Shown one piece after another: positions 13,101 to 25,000 of a stretch of DNA of 40,372 bases (the stretch's first letter is position 1; each line of letters starts with the position of its first letter). The position numbers and the translations under genes were made by a program. Below the pieces are notes generated by a model. The model had not been told where the DNA came from and made no database searches. It worked only from the letters and a program-made list of their open reading frames with translations. The DNA comes from Nemertoderma westbladi (taxonomy: Eukaryota > Animalia > Xenacoelomorpha), in NCBI GenBank assembly GCA_032718475.1, contig JAUCBJ010001787.1, positions 1-40,372 on the forward strand, in the 5' to 3' direction.

Positions 13101-14628
13101 TAAGGCCTTGATAAACAACAAGTTGAAAGTTCCTCGAGCGTAGTTAAAAGCGGCTCTATACGCTACAGCCATCGGCCGGAATGTAACAGAACAGATCGAC
13201 TATCCACTGGAGAAAACTGTCTATTGGACCGATGCGTTGCTCGTGTAGGAGTATATAACCAATGAAGTCTGTCAGTTCAGCGTCTTCGTTACCAACAGAG
13301 TAGCCATTATACTTAGTCGCACGAAGATAGATCAATGGAGACATTGCCCCGGAACGATTAATCCAGCAGACATCGCCTCCAGGGGAGCAACTCCACAAGA
13401 ACTGATAGATACTCCAGACTGGTTAGGTGGACCCGACTTCCTAAGCAAAGAAGAGGATGAATGGCCTCCTCATCTTACTACGGCGGAGATTAGACAGGCC
13501 AAGGGAGCGGAGAAAGTCAAACCTAAAATTCGGGCGAGTAAATCGAAGTTATTCAAACCCGCGATAGATCTGTCTGTACTACACGTTTCCGGAGACGATG
13601 CTTTGGATCCCCAATTCCCCGCCACAAATAAGTCTGTTGTGGAAATCAGAGAGAGAGATTGGAAATCTGGAACGCCGGACGTCTCGCAAGGACTCTCACC
13701 CCTCCTGCAGAGAGCGATACATCATTATAGTTCCTGGAATCCGCTCTGTAAGGCTGTTACCTATTTAAAGCGATGTTTTCATCATCACTACTCCAGGACG
13801 AAAACCACTAGTGATACCGCTCCACTGACATCTGCGCAGGTCCATGTTGTTAAAGATCTTCCCCAATACAAGATATCCGACAGGTTTCTGAAGGAGAAGA
13901 TCAGTTACCAGGAGCATGAAGAAACAAATAAGCAGATACTGAGACTCCTACAATGCCATGAGGATTCCGATAAGTATTTCCTGTTGTTGAGAAATCCACA
14001 GATGCGCTTAAGGGATCGTTTCTCTAGCACAATGATAGATGGGTTGATACGTGTTGGAGGAAGATTAACGAATGCTCCATTATCCTTTGACACTAAGTTT
14101 CCCATACTCATTAGAAATCTTGAAATACAAATCAAGATGATTGTAGATGTTCACAGTAAACTTTATCATGCTGGTAGAGAACGAGTTCTCAGCGAAATTC
14201 GAACTCGCTATTATTTATTTATAATTATTTATAACCGGCAAACTTGGCAACTTATGCAGTTGTTATCCCGTCGTTTCGCTGACCATTTCGAGAAACATTA
14301 TCTACCTACGCTACAACTTCGAACTAAGTGGTTTGCGCAGCAAGAAATCGTCGGCGCCGGAGACATGGTCCTTATTGTAGATTCAGATCTTCCACGTAAG
14401 CGGTGGCAGACAGGGCGTATCATCGAGACTCATATCTCGGAGGATGGTTTGGTGCGATCGGTTGAACTCGTCGTCATGCGACGTAACTTTAAGAAACCGG
14501 AAATCGTCTTCGAGACACAGCAACTCAATCGCCCAGTTGGTCGTTTATGTTTACTGGAAAGAGGCAGAGAACTATGGAAGGCAAGATACTCTTCCCACGA
14601 CCACCTCCCTAATCCCACAAACATCTAG
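7162..14628 (+). pseudogene. Disrupted Gag-Pol polyprotein of element A
   Basis: ORFs at 7162, 7480 and 8995 share one frame. Motifs: IIKFNGD...W (BEL gag core, ~9634), three Cys-His knuckles (10466-10660), LLDSGS (10991), YMDD (12479), TKR...FDPLG, HVFGDAS (13006), integrase H-x4-H (14152), C-terminal W..GRI...DGLVR. Stops at 7351, 8974, 11324, 12344, 12740, 12896, 13141 and 13246; frameshifts near 9730 and 13005; integrase core missing near 14215-14233. Confidence 0.93.
8341..8570 (+). repeat. Coding tandem repeat (~33-bp unit) encoding AAVAAAEAERK in Gag
   Basis: Repeated GCGGCAGTGGCAGCGGCAGAAGCGGAAAGAAAA units, in frame in ORF 7480-8976. Confidence 0.9.
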
Positions 14629-15196
14629 GGACTCCCCAACGTAACAGCGTCTGGAGTGGGTGTGTGACTCTATTATTTTATATTTGTTCTTATTATTTTA
14701 TATTTATGTATGTATTATTATGTAATTTTATTATAATCGTTTTCTTTAATTTTATTTAGTAGAATGTTATTTTAGCGATTATTTAGTAGATTAGTGCCAT
14801 ATATATATTCGCGTTTATTACTTAATTACTTATATATTATATTTAGTGCGACGGCGAGAAATAATTCTTTTCTCTTTCCTTACTGTTCGTAGTACATTAT
14901 AAATACGTGACTACAGTAAGATGAAATGTCCGTACTTATTAAAGTACTATAAAGCTCCTACTATATTCAAGTATTATTGGTAAGTAGAGTATTAGGAATG
15001 CAAAATTCAGATCCTCGTGTCTCAGCTAAACCAAGCTCTGGGTAGACCTTGGAAACGACTTGCCTCTTCTCACTGACATTGCTTCTTGTGATATTGCTCT
15101 CATACCGTATCTTAAATAATACATATAGTAGCGTGATGTCCCTTTAACAGTAGCGTACAACGCAAATAAATCTGTTAAACCCTTTGACCATCTGTA

Positions 15197-15531
15197 ATTC
15201 TAGTCGATTAAGATATCGCGGCACCCACCGATATACTTGAAAGACAAAATTCTAGAATCAGTGGTTAACGTCCCCAGACAAGTTCTGGAATAAACTGGTG
15301 CCCATCTTAAATATTAACTATTAATATTTATAAAATCTGTCAAACAGATACAATAGAGTAACTACTTACAAGTTAACTCTAGAAAATCTATAAATTAAAA
15401 TCTGTAAAATTTTAGATCCTTTAAAATTCTAGTCTATTAAGATATCGTAGCACTTACCGATACTCTTAAAAAGACCAATTTCCTAGAATCAAGGATCCCA
15501 GTCCCCAGACATGTTCTGGAATAAAATTGTG
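15197..15531 (+). repeat. Two diverged ~105-bp structured repeats (long stem-loop, short stem-loop, AATAAA) in the 3' region of A
   Basis: Copies at 15197-15300 and 15426-15531. Both pair ATTCTAG/CTAGAAT, GTC/GAC, TTAAG/CTTRA, TATCG/CGATA and then CCAGA/TCTGG. Confidence 0.8.
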
Positions 15532-16344
15532 TCTATTTAATATTAAATAATAAAATTTACGGGAATAACTTTAAATTCATCTTTTAATGAATTTGATAAA
15601 TTGTCATTTTTATACAATTTATAACATTCCCAAAATTCCATAAATTAATAGATCATGGGAGCGGAGATTCACCCTATTAAGTGTATTAGTGTGCGAGAAT
15701 CTCCAATATATAGTCAATAGACGATAAAATTCATGAAATCATGTATAAAGAGGAATATTGACAATTAAAGAATTACTATTAAATAGCATCCCAGATCTGT
15801 ATGCATGAGAATTACCCTAATTCTACTGCTAGCTTTCCATAATGTCACCATGGCAACAACCATGCTAGAATTAGAAGTGAGTTAAAAGAACAATAAAGGT
15901 TAGCCCCATTGAATAGCATAAGGAATAAATAGCATACTGCTAGTATCCCAGGATACCCAATAATAACGTGGCATTCTGGAAGGCACTTGACTAACGGATA
16001 AATGGCCCGAATGTGTGCGGTTTGTGACAGTTGTGTGGAATTTGTGTGTTTATAGGTGAATGTTACTACTAAAGTGTGTTTACAGTAGCGAGTCGCAATT
16101 GTGAAAGTAGCCCTAACTCTCCAGTAAGAACCTGAAGTAAATCTAAGCCTTTGGGACGGACGGTGGAGTGACTCGCGCTGGTTGTTGCGGTCGTTGTGCA
16201 GCTACTACGTTGGCGATAGGCACATCGGCGAAAGTACACCAGCGCTGAGGATCTTGCGCTGTCCGGGGGCCGAGAGGGGTAGGCAGCGACGCCCGCTAGC
16301 CTAATTATAACTAATTATAATATTGATAAACTCATATAGCAGCT

Positions 16345-17622
16345 ATGACTGAGTTGATAGAAGATGATCTTGGTATCAGGGAGCGATATACTCTACCATT
16401 ACAAGCGTTTGTTGATAGCTTGATACGCGGCGACGCTGGTCCAACTACTACGGAGGACGATGGTCGTTATATCGAACCGCCGATGTCCCAAGAGCAACTT
16501 ACGCGTGAATTGGACTATCGAAAATTCACTGCTCGCTATACGCATCGTAATGGTACGCATATGGACTTCTTAACTACTGGTCATCCTATCGATTTACACG
16601 ATACGGACGATTTCGATACCGAAAGGGAAATGGTACTATTTAAATATCCTACCCAGCGGAGTCGGAACGATAAACTGAAAATAGAATGCGAAAATTCTAT
16701 TCGAAATCGACTCGAAAGAGAAGACGTTAAAGAACCGGATAAACGCAGTAACTCCAACGTATATTTGGAATTCTTGAGAGAAACATTGTAAAACCGAATA
16801 AATATCACCCGCGTTTCCCCTACAAGACGTGCGTCTTTGGTATTATTGCGATGAATGCCCAAGACCCAACCAACAAACGGAAAGACATAAACATCCGTGG
16901 AGACGTTGCTTTAAACACGGTTTTACTCGCTATATTTACGGGAGTTTCGAGCGAAACTTGTTCGATGTATCACCTACGCTCATTCGATTCAAACGATCCT
17001 TAAATAAACCTATGATCAGAGTTCCGGAATACTCAGTCAGACCTCCTCATCCCCTAGTTAAGACCTCAGACTCTTGATCCTAATAGTATCACGGATCCTC
17101 CCGAACTGTACTCACTGTTCAAAGATCTAGTGTTACCCGAACAGTTAGTCGGTGGCACCCCGGTTGTGAGCTCCCTAGACATTCACCCATCTTACCTAGT
17201 CGGATTGGGACACGGACATCTAATATCGCCATTCAACCGTATCATCGTCCCTGTTTAACCCGATACAACCTGTCACCAAGGCGGAGGAGAGAGTTGTACG
17301 CAACGCGTTAGACACTATTCGTCAAAAGATCGGAAAAGGAACCTATAATTGTTTAGAGAAACGTAAATTGCAGCAGCAAGTCCAAGCGGTAAACGAATTA
17401 GCTTTATCTCAGTTCGATCAGGAAATCCAGAATCTCTAAGAAGATATCGAACTTGGACGACCCTATTCTCTGCAAGAGTTTTTGGACGAATGCATCCAAC
17501 GATAAGCGGAGGAAAATCAGCTCGAGGAGAAGCATATCGAAATGGACGAGACATCGACCGTAACCCTAAACCTTCCGATGCAATTGTATTGCACCCTTTA
17601 CCCAGGAGTTATAGCCACCTAG
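16345..17622 (+). pseudogene. Decayed accessory ORF of unknown function in the env position of element A
   Basis: 148-aa ORF that appears to continue after frameshifts (...KYHPRFPYKTCVFGIIAMNAQD...; ...AEERVVRNALDTIRQKIGKGTYNCLEKRKLQQQVQAVNELALSQFDQEIQNL*EDIE...). Coding-like composition in an AT-rich region. Confidence 0.6.
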
Positions 17623-17774
17623 TAAAGTGGCTCGCCCCAAAGAGAAAAGGACTCTTGCTAGCCTCAAAAAAACTGCGTAAACGCCGTCCGCGCAAGAAAG
17701 ACTAACTGTTTAGAGTATTTTTATATTTTAGAAACTGTGATTTTGTATATTTTATAGACTCAAATCCCATTTTC

Positions 17775-17783
17775 TGGGAGCGG
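17775..17783 (+). other. Polypurine-tract-like plus-strand primer site of A
   Basis: TGGGAGCGG immediately 5' of the 3' LTR TGT. Confidence 0.7.
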
Positions 17784-18922
17784 TGTAAAAGCTTTTGCGG
17801 ATGTAACAAGCTATTTTTCTCAGCAATATACCGAGTAGGTATTTTAGCGGACATAACAAGCGATTTTGCCCGCTATTTCTGCATGTGTGCTTTAGCGGAC
17901 ATAAAAAGCCATTTTTCTCCGCAATAAGCTCAAATACTCTAAACATCGGAACTCAGATGACGACATCTATCAGCTGTGTCCACGTGTAACTTTTTCTTTG
18001 TTCTTTGTTCGTTCTTTGTTCGGTCGACCAATCAGAGCGGTTTTCACTCTGTGTTGGACATTGTATACAGAAACTCACGCAATTCAGTCAGGGTGTATTT
18101 TTCCTAAGCCTAGAACACCGGCTGTGGAATTATTCTGTGTTTCAGACTTTAGCCAAACATTAGTAGGCTTTGATCATAGAAACGTATAACTGTTATCACA
18201 GTACATCACGATATAACTCAATGCATTAAGACCTTTCACCGCATTATTTTACTGCTATTTGCTGTCGGTTATTAATTGTATCAGTTGATTGAATATTGTT
18301 ATATTTTGAGAATATCGATAAATAATCAGAAAACCCCAATCTTCTTGATATACTGAAGGTTAGAGAGACCGGTTACATATAACAATTGCGACTGACATTA
18401 AAGTGGTTTTGTAGTGAATCTAATGCTATTTCATAGGCCCTACATGTATCAGTTGCTGTTCTCTTTATATGTGACTAAAATTAGTGAAGGTTGGCAGATC
18501 GGTGTGCAGCATTGTGCGGTAGTGTGCATGAGTGTGATAGATAACAAAGCATCTCCTAAAGAATGCGCTTTATACGTGAATCATTAGCCATCCCGTTGTG
18601 TCTAGTGTAAGTCATAACTCTGTTTACATATTTAGAGCGCCACGTCCTAAAGGAACTGTTAATATTACCCGAAAGTGAATAATATTTGTCAGAGATTATA
18701 TATTAGTGATCAATCGAATAATACAGTAGGCCTACACCGCAATAAGGTCAGAGCTTCCGAATCCAGTCTCCCGGGTATATCCAGCGGGTGAATGGTCGCA
18801 CATAGGCTGGCTTCGGCTAATGTAGTGTATCAAATACTTGTCATAGGCTAAAGTCGATTTATAACCAAAAAAGACACTTAAATTTGGCAGGTTAAACTGC
18901 TAAAGGTCTAAAAGCGCGAACA
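17784..18922 (+). repeat. 3' LTR of element A (1139 bp)
   Basis: Direct repeat of 4080-5257, followed by TSD GAGCG. Confidence 0.97.
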
Positions 18923-21900
18923 GAGCGAGTCTGTTTCGTGATGAAGCTTGCGCTTACACATTCTTAAGTGAAGTTCATCGATTTACTGAGTTGAGGTCCT
19001 CAGCTCCACGAATAAAACAGTTGGAAGATCCATTAGCGACACTAGTCGATCTGGAATCTGCCAGAGATCTGATAGATCAGGAGCGAGAAATTAATAATAA
19101 AATCCTGCAGTGGTTAAACAAGGATTCCGCTGAGTCTGGAAGTTACGGCATAAGCATGTCTGTCAAAGATATCCGATCACTAAAAATTATGGAAAGAACT
19201 GTGAATAAACTCGACAATGGTCACTTTGAAGTGGGTATGTTGTGGAGACGCAAGGAGCCTGTGTTGATTAACAATTACGAACTAGCAGTGAGCCGTATGA
19301 AAGCGGTTCGAAAGCGACTATTAAAGGATCCAGAGATTCTCAGACAATATAAGTTTCAGATAGATGACTATCTTCAGAAGGGTTACGCTGTAAAGATGGA
19401 GAGACCTGATATCATAAGTCCACAGACTTACTATCTACCCCACCATTACGTCGTTCATCCAGATAAACCAGGACGAGTGCGAGTGGTGAACGATTGCCGC
19501 CTACCATATCAAGGTATGTCTTTAAACAGCTAATTAATGGATGGTCCAAATTTAAACAATTTACTAGCGAGTATCCTTATGCGATTCCGACAGCGTAAAG
19601 TCGCGTTTACTTGCGATATCGAGGCCATGTTCCACCAGGTATATGCTCTCGACGCTGATAAAGAAAGTCTTAGATTTCTGTGGTACGATAATGACGAACT
19701 GAGTGGTGAACCAGTTGTTTACCAGATGGTTGTCCGCATTTTTGGCGCTCGAGACAGTCCCAATGGGACATTGTGGATTCTTAACTGCTGACTGTCAAAC
19801 AGAATATTATCCCGCAGCAGTTATAGAGAGTGTCAAGCAGTGTTTCTATATGGACGATGGATTGGAGAGTTTGGATACCGAGGAGGAAGCTATAGATCTT
19901 GCCCACGGGATCAAGAGTTGCTTAGCAACAGGTGGATTTAACCTCACCAAATTTACAAGTAATTATCCAGCCGTTATTGATTCGTTTGATAAGAAAGAGC
20001 GAGATAAAAGTCTTAGTGAAATCGAACTGGAGTTTGATGACATTCCTACTACCAGAGTGTTAGGACTCACTTGGAACCCAGCTACAGACTGCTTCAGTGT
20101 TCGGGTGCGCGATGTAACAACTGCGCCAATATTGACAAAAAGAGTTTGTTTGTCAACTTTAAGTCGACTTTTCGACCCACTCAATTTAATTAGTCCAGTT
20201 ATTCTTCAAGCGAGAATTTACATGAGATCGATATGGAAGGCCGGTGTAGAATGGGATACACCCATTATAGGCGAGGTAAGTGCATCATGGCGCGAGTGGG
20301 AGAGCCAATTACCAATACTCTGTGAGCTTAAATTTCCCCGCGTTTATTTTCCTTCACAAAGTAAATTCCCAACCGAAATGGATCTTCATTTATTTAGCGA
20401 TGCAAGTGATAATGGGTTCGGAGTCACAGCTTATCTTAGGAGACAATTATCGGAAGGTGAGTTTGAAACGTCACTAGTGACGTCACGAGCTCGAATCCGA
20501 CCATTGGAATATATGTCCACACCTCGTGCTGAACTTCAAGCAGCGTTATTGTCAGTGTCAGTAGCTAAGTCGGTAATCAAAGCATTATTAATCGATTTGA
20601 CGGCTTATTATTGGACAGATGCGTCGATGGTATTGATTTATTTAAACCACGAACAGGTATAGTTTCGTACTTTTGTAGCAAACCGCAGAGCAGAAATTCT
20701 TGATTTCACAACCAGGTTTCAGTGGCGACACTATCCAGGTGAAATAAATCTGCGGATATTGCGTCCAGAGGAATGATGCCTTCTGAATTCTCAAAGTCTG
20801 GGGTACTAGACCTGTGGTTACACGGACCAGACTTTCTTAGGCAGTCTCAGGAATACTGGCCTGCGTTTCTTGACTATCGTAATGTTAAGCTGCCTGATAA
20901 AGCTGAAGTGAAGGTTGCTAAACATATCCGTTCTAAAGTCAAGGTAAGTCTTCGAACTCGTAAGACAACTGGCAAAAAGATGTCAATAGCTGCTGTGGGG
21001 CGGGAACTTTTAACATCTCAAGATATTGGCTATCGCTATAACTACAGGTTACAAGACCACGTATTACCGTGGCAACATCCTGTAAATATGGTAAGTAGAG
21101 TTACACCTGTAGAAGTATCTTTAGATCAGTGTGAAATGCCAGAAGTAACAGGAAATGTGCGTATCAATACTTCAGAACCCGCACATTTGACTTTATATAC
21201 TTTAAGATCTCGCACTACCAATGAGGTGAGTAATAAAAGGGAAGGGCTTCCACTTCCACTCCCCATTGCCTCTGTTGGTGATTTGGGCCCAGTGGAGTCT
21301 GATGCCATAGAGGTTATTGACCTTACGGACATTGACAATGGTGTTAATGTACTGAGTAATCCGACAACAGATTTGGATAATGTTCCAGATTATCCGCCTG
21401 AAAGTATAATGGCAAAATCAATAGATATAGCTAAGGTGAGTGACATAGTGACGTCATCGGTTGACCCAGCGCTTAAAGTGCCGTGTAAACAAAGGAAAAT
21501 ACCAACAATTTCAGATGACGATAGATATTTATTCGACCGACTTTATCTAACAAGTTCATCTTGGATGGACATGGTTAGGAAAGCAGCGTGGATATGTCGT
21601 ATTGCGACATTCTGTGGCAAGCCTAAGGGTTGGGATAGGTCTGACTGGCGTAAGAAAACCATACGAGAAATGCCCCGCAGACTAACGCTGGATGAACTGG
21701 ACAGAGCCGAACTGCTGATAATAAGACATTTTCAGATTAGGTTCTATTTACATGAGTACAATTCATTGGCAATTGGGAAACCGATAGGACAGTCACCACT
21801 TACCAAGTGGAGTCCTGTCATTGAAAATGACGTTTTATGTCACAATTCCAAGTTACAATCTTGTGACATATCAAGTAAGTTTCTTTTCCCTATTATAATA

Positions 21901-21956
21901 CCACCACATTTTGAGTTGCAATGTGCCATGATCTGGGATGCACATCTCAGACTTAA
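18923..21956 (+). pseudogene. Element B pol: reverse transcriptase, RNase H, tether, start of integrase
   Basis: YYLPHH, RVVND, DIEAMFHQV, FYMDD, FDPL, HLFSDAS, TPRAEL, YYWTD and LWLHGPDFL motifs. Stops at 19531 and 20660; frameshifts near 19770 and 20750. Confidence 0.95.
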
Positions 21957-23231
21957 CCCTATTACCAGTGGGGTGTTTTGACCATTAGCACCACTGGGGG
22001 GGGGGGGGGGCCGATTCGGCCCACCCACTATATTTTTGTAGTCGTCCAATGAAATCCTACAAAATTTGGGCTGTTGGTGAAACAACTATAGATGAACACA
22101 ACCAAACCTTAAAAAATTAAAATTTCATAAGCAGGGACTCATAATTTTGATGAAAAATAAAAGTAGTCCCAGGACAAAATTACAAAATTTTTCGTTTTCC
22201 AAAAACTAATAGTGTGGCAGTGTTGGCTAGATTTAGTAGGTTTTTCAAGACGCTGAATCGAATGTGATTATATTCCACTTCCAAAAATTGAAGTGGATGC
22301 TATTTTTCGTGCACCTAAGAAGTGGGTGTGGCACTTCAAATTTTGAAAAATTAGATATTCAGAAAATGCCCCTAATTTTTTTATTTCAACGCATCTTTAT
22401 GTGTTTTCTGGGCCGCTGAATCGATTGAAAGTAATATAGAAGCCTGAAGACTGAGTGGCTCGCCATTTTTGGTGCACCAAAATTAGGGCGTGGCACTTCA
22501 AATTTTGAAAAATACGAGATTCGGAAAATAAACCAAAATTGACATTTTAACGAATTTATATAGGTTTTCCAGACCGCTGAATCGATTGAAAGTAATATAG
22601 AAGCCTTAAGACTTAGAAGTTAGCCATTTTTTGAAATCAAAACTTTAGTGTTTTTTCCGAATAAAGTAATTTTGAAAATTTGAAGTGCCACGCCCTAATT
22701 TTGGTGCACCGAAAATTACGTACACAAAGGATTTGAGGCTTCTATATTACTTTCAATCGATTCAGCGCTCCAGAAAACCTATAAAAATGCTTTGCAAATC
22801 AAAACTTTAGTGTATTTTCCGAATCTCGTATTTTTCAAAATTTGAACTGCCACGCCCTAATTTTGGTGCACCAAAAATGGCGAACCACTACACTTACATA
22901 CTTGTATAGAGCATTAGAGTGATCCAAACCAATAAAAATAAATAAAAATAGCCCAAACATAAATAATTACTAAATCACGAATGACTTTGTAAAATTCGAA
23001 AATTTCTAAAAATTTGGTGCTGTAGACCAAATTTTGAGGTGGCACCCACATCGAAAAGTAGAAATCCAATTGAAACGGTGTTTTTTGCAAAAGATGCGGC
23101 ATTAAATTTGGCTAATTCTCACAAAAAATTGGGGCGGTACGTAATGTGGTTGCATAGTTACAGCAACTAAAAACTAGGAAGGGGCCGATTCGCCCCCCCC
23201 CCCCCCCCCCCCCCCCCCAGTGGTAATAGGG
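21957..23231. mobile_element. piggyBac-like non-autonomous element (CCCTATTA termini, TTAA TSD)
   Basis: TTAA|CCCTATTACCA ... TGGTAATAGGG|TTAA. Removal restores HLRL|KHAGKHHCLSHLRQRF in B integrase. Confidence 0.93.
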
Positions 23232-23721
23232 TTAAGCATGCTGGCAAACATCATTGTTTGTCACATTTACGGCAACGATTTATGTTGATAGCTCCAACAC
23301 GGGCGTTAAATGCCGTGTTGCGTGGGTGTATTACTTGTAAGAAGTTGAATGCTAGAATGGGACAACAACAAATGGGTAAGTTGCATATTGCCCGCACACA
23401 TTCGCATCAGCCACCATTTACAAACACTGGACTCGATTGTTTCGGTCGATTTCAGGTAAGGCAAGCACGTTCAATAATTAAACGATGGGGTTTAATTTGT
23501 ATCTGCATGGCTAGTAGAGCCATTCACATTGAACGTGTCTCAGACATGTCAACCAACGCACTTATTTTAGCTTTGAGACGCTTTATTGCCCGTCGGGGTA
23601 ACGTTCGTGCTTTCTACTGCGACAAAGGCTCTAATTTTGTCGGTGGAGAAAACGAATTGAGCGCCTCATTTGACAATTTTGATGAAGTAAAAATCGTCGG
23701 TGAATTAGTTCCGAAACGCAT
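23232..23721 (+). pseudogene. Element B integrase, HHCC region and N-terminal core
   Basis: HAG, CITC, PPFTNTGLDCFG, SRAIHIE, LRRFIARRG and CDKGSNFVG motifs. Confidence 0.93.
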
Positions 23722-25000
23722 TACTACTACTAGGATCGGCATGCTGCATTGCAGCTGCATTTTTAAGAATGCTGTGCCGGCTTGTCAACAAAATTGCACC
23801 GCCACAACTCCATATCACCCATGATATTTGCTAGATCATCCGCATCTTTAAGGCCAGTGTCCTTTAAGATGCGTCTCAAGAAAGTCATGGGCTGTCCACC
23901 ATGCTTATTCACTCCATGAGGCTGCCAAAGTACAAGATTATGCACTGGCTGGTCCTCACGGCGAAAGCAATGTCCTGCAAAGCGGAGGCGATTTTGTTCT
24001 AGTGTCAAGCTTGGGGGAACCAATGAGACACCTCCAATGTTATATAGTGTCTGGTTGGAGATGTGTGCATTGTACTTGACACAATGTACCCGGCGTAGCA
24101 TTCTTGTGAATGTGCCATCCAGAGATTTGGTGTCCTCAGCAGTTAGAGCCCAGCATGGACTCCCGTAGAGGAGTACAGGAACTACTGCTGCTCTAAATAA
24201 TCGGACCTTAAGTTTCCGATTAATTCTAGGTGACTTCCAAATCCTGGAAAGCCTATTCAAGGCTACCCATCCTTTCCCTTACGTATTCGAAGGTCCTCAC
24301 CTGACTTCCGGATCCATGATCCCAGGTAACAGAAGTCGTCCACATGCTCAAGCATACCATCCTTTGAGCTTATGCTCATCCGATCAGAGACTTGCTGAGG
24401 ACTTTCAAAGTTAACTGTCAGAATTTTGGTCTTTCTGGAGTTAATAAAAAGACCAACACTAGAAGCAGCATGTTCTAATGAGCTGAGGAGCCGCTGGGCT
24501 CCCTCTAATGATTCTGAGAGTACTCCTAAGTCATCAGCAAAGTCTAGATCAGTTAGGTACTTGGCAGGATTTCCTCGACTTCTGGAGCCAGTAGGTGGAG
24601 TTATCATCACCCCATCATCATTATGATGATCTAAGGACATGCGTAGAACATAGTCAACCACAATAATGAACAAGAATGGTGCAAGTGTGTCTCCTTGGAG
24701 GACGCCCCATAACACTTCAAATGGTTCTGTGTCACCGTCAACAGTAGACACAAATGTTGTCGAACCATCGTATACTGATCTGATTGCTGCAATAATTTCA
24801 TCAGGAATCCCATATAATGAAAGTATGCTGAACATACGTGAGCGAGAGACTGAATCAAAGGCCTTGAAGAAGTCAACAAAGATAACAGCCAGATGCCTGT
24901 CTTTCTTTTTTGATAACTCTTCAATTATCCTTCTAAGTGCCAAAATGGGCTCCATGGTCCCACGACCTTTACGGAACCCATTCTGATTTCCACGTAGCAG
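23722..25000 (-). mobile_element. 5'-truncated RTE-clade non-LTR retrotransposon (RT and C-terminus)
   Basis: QNGFRKGR, FVDFFKAFDSV, GVLQGDTLAPFLF, LDFADD, FCYLGS and RLRFAGHC motifs. One frameshift near 24270; stop at 23763; short 3' UTR ending (TAG)3. Confidence 0.92.

Larger units (their letters stand above)
4080..18922 (+). mobile_element. BEL/Pao LTR retrotransposon A with both LTRs (defective)
   Basis: TGT...ACA termini, paired LTRs, 5-bp TSD GAGCG (4075-4079, 18923-18927), domain order gag-PR-RT-RH-IN with three zinc knuckles. Confidence 0.97.

Noticed and set aside
16345-17705. env gene
   Set aside because: No evident signal peptide, transmembrane anchor or Cys-rich ectodomain.
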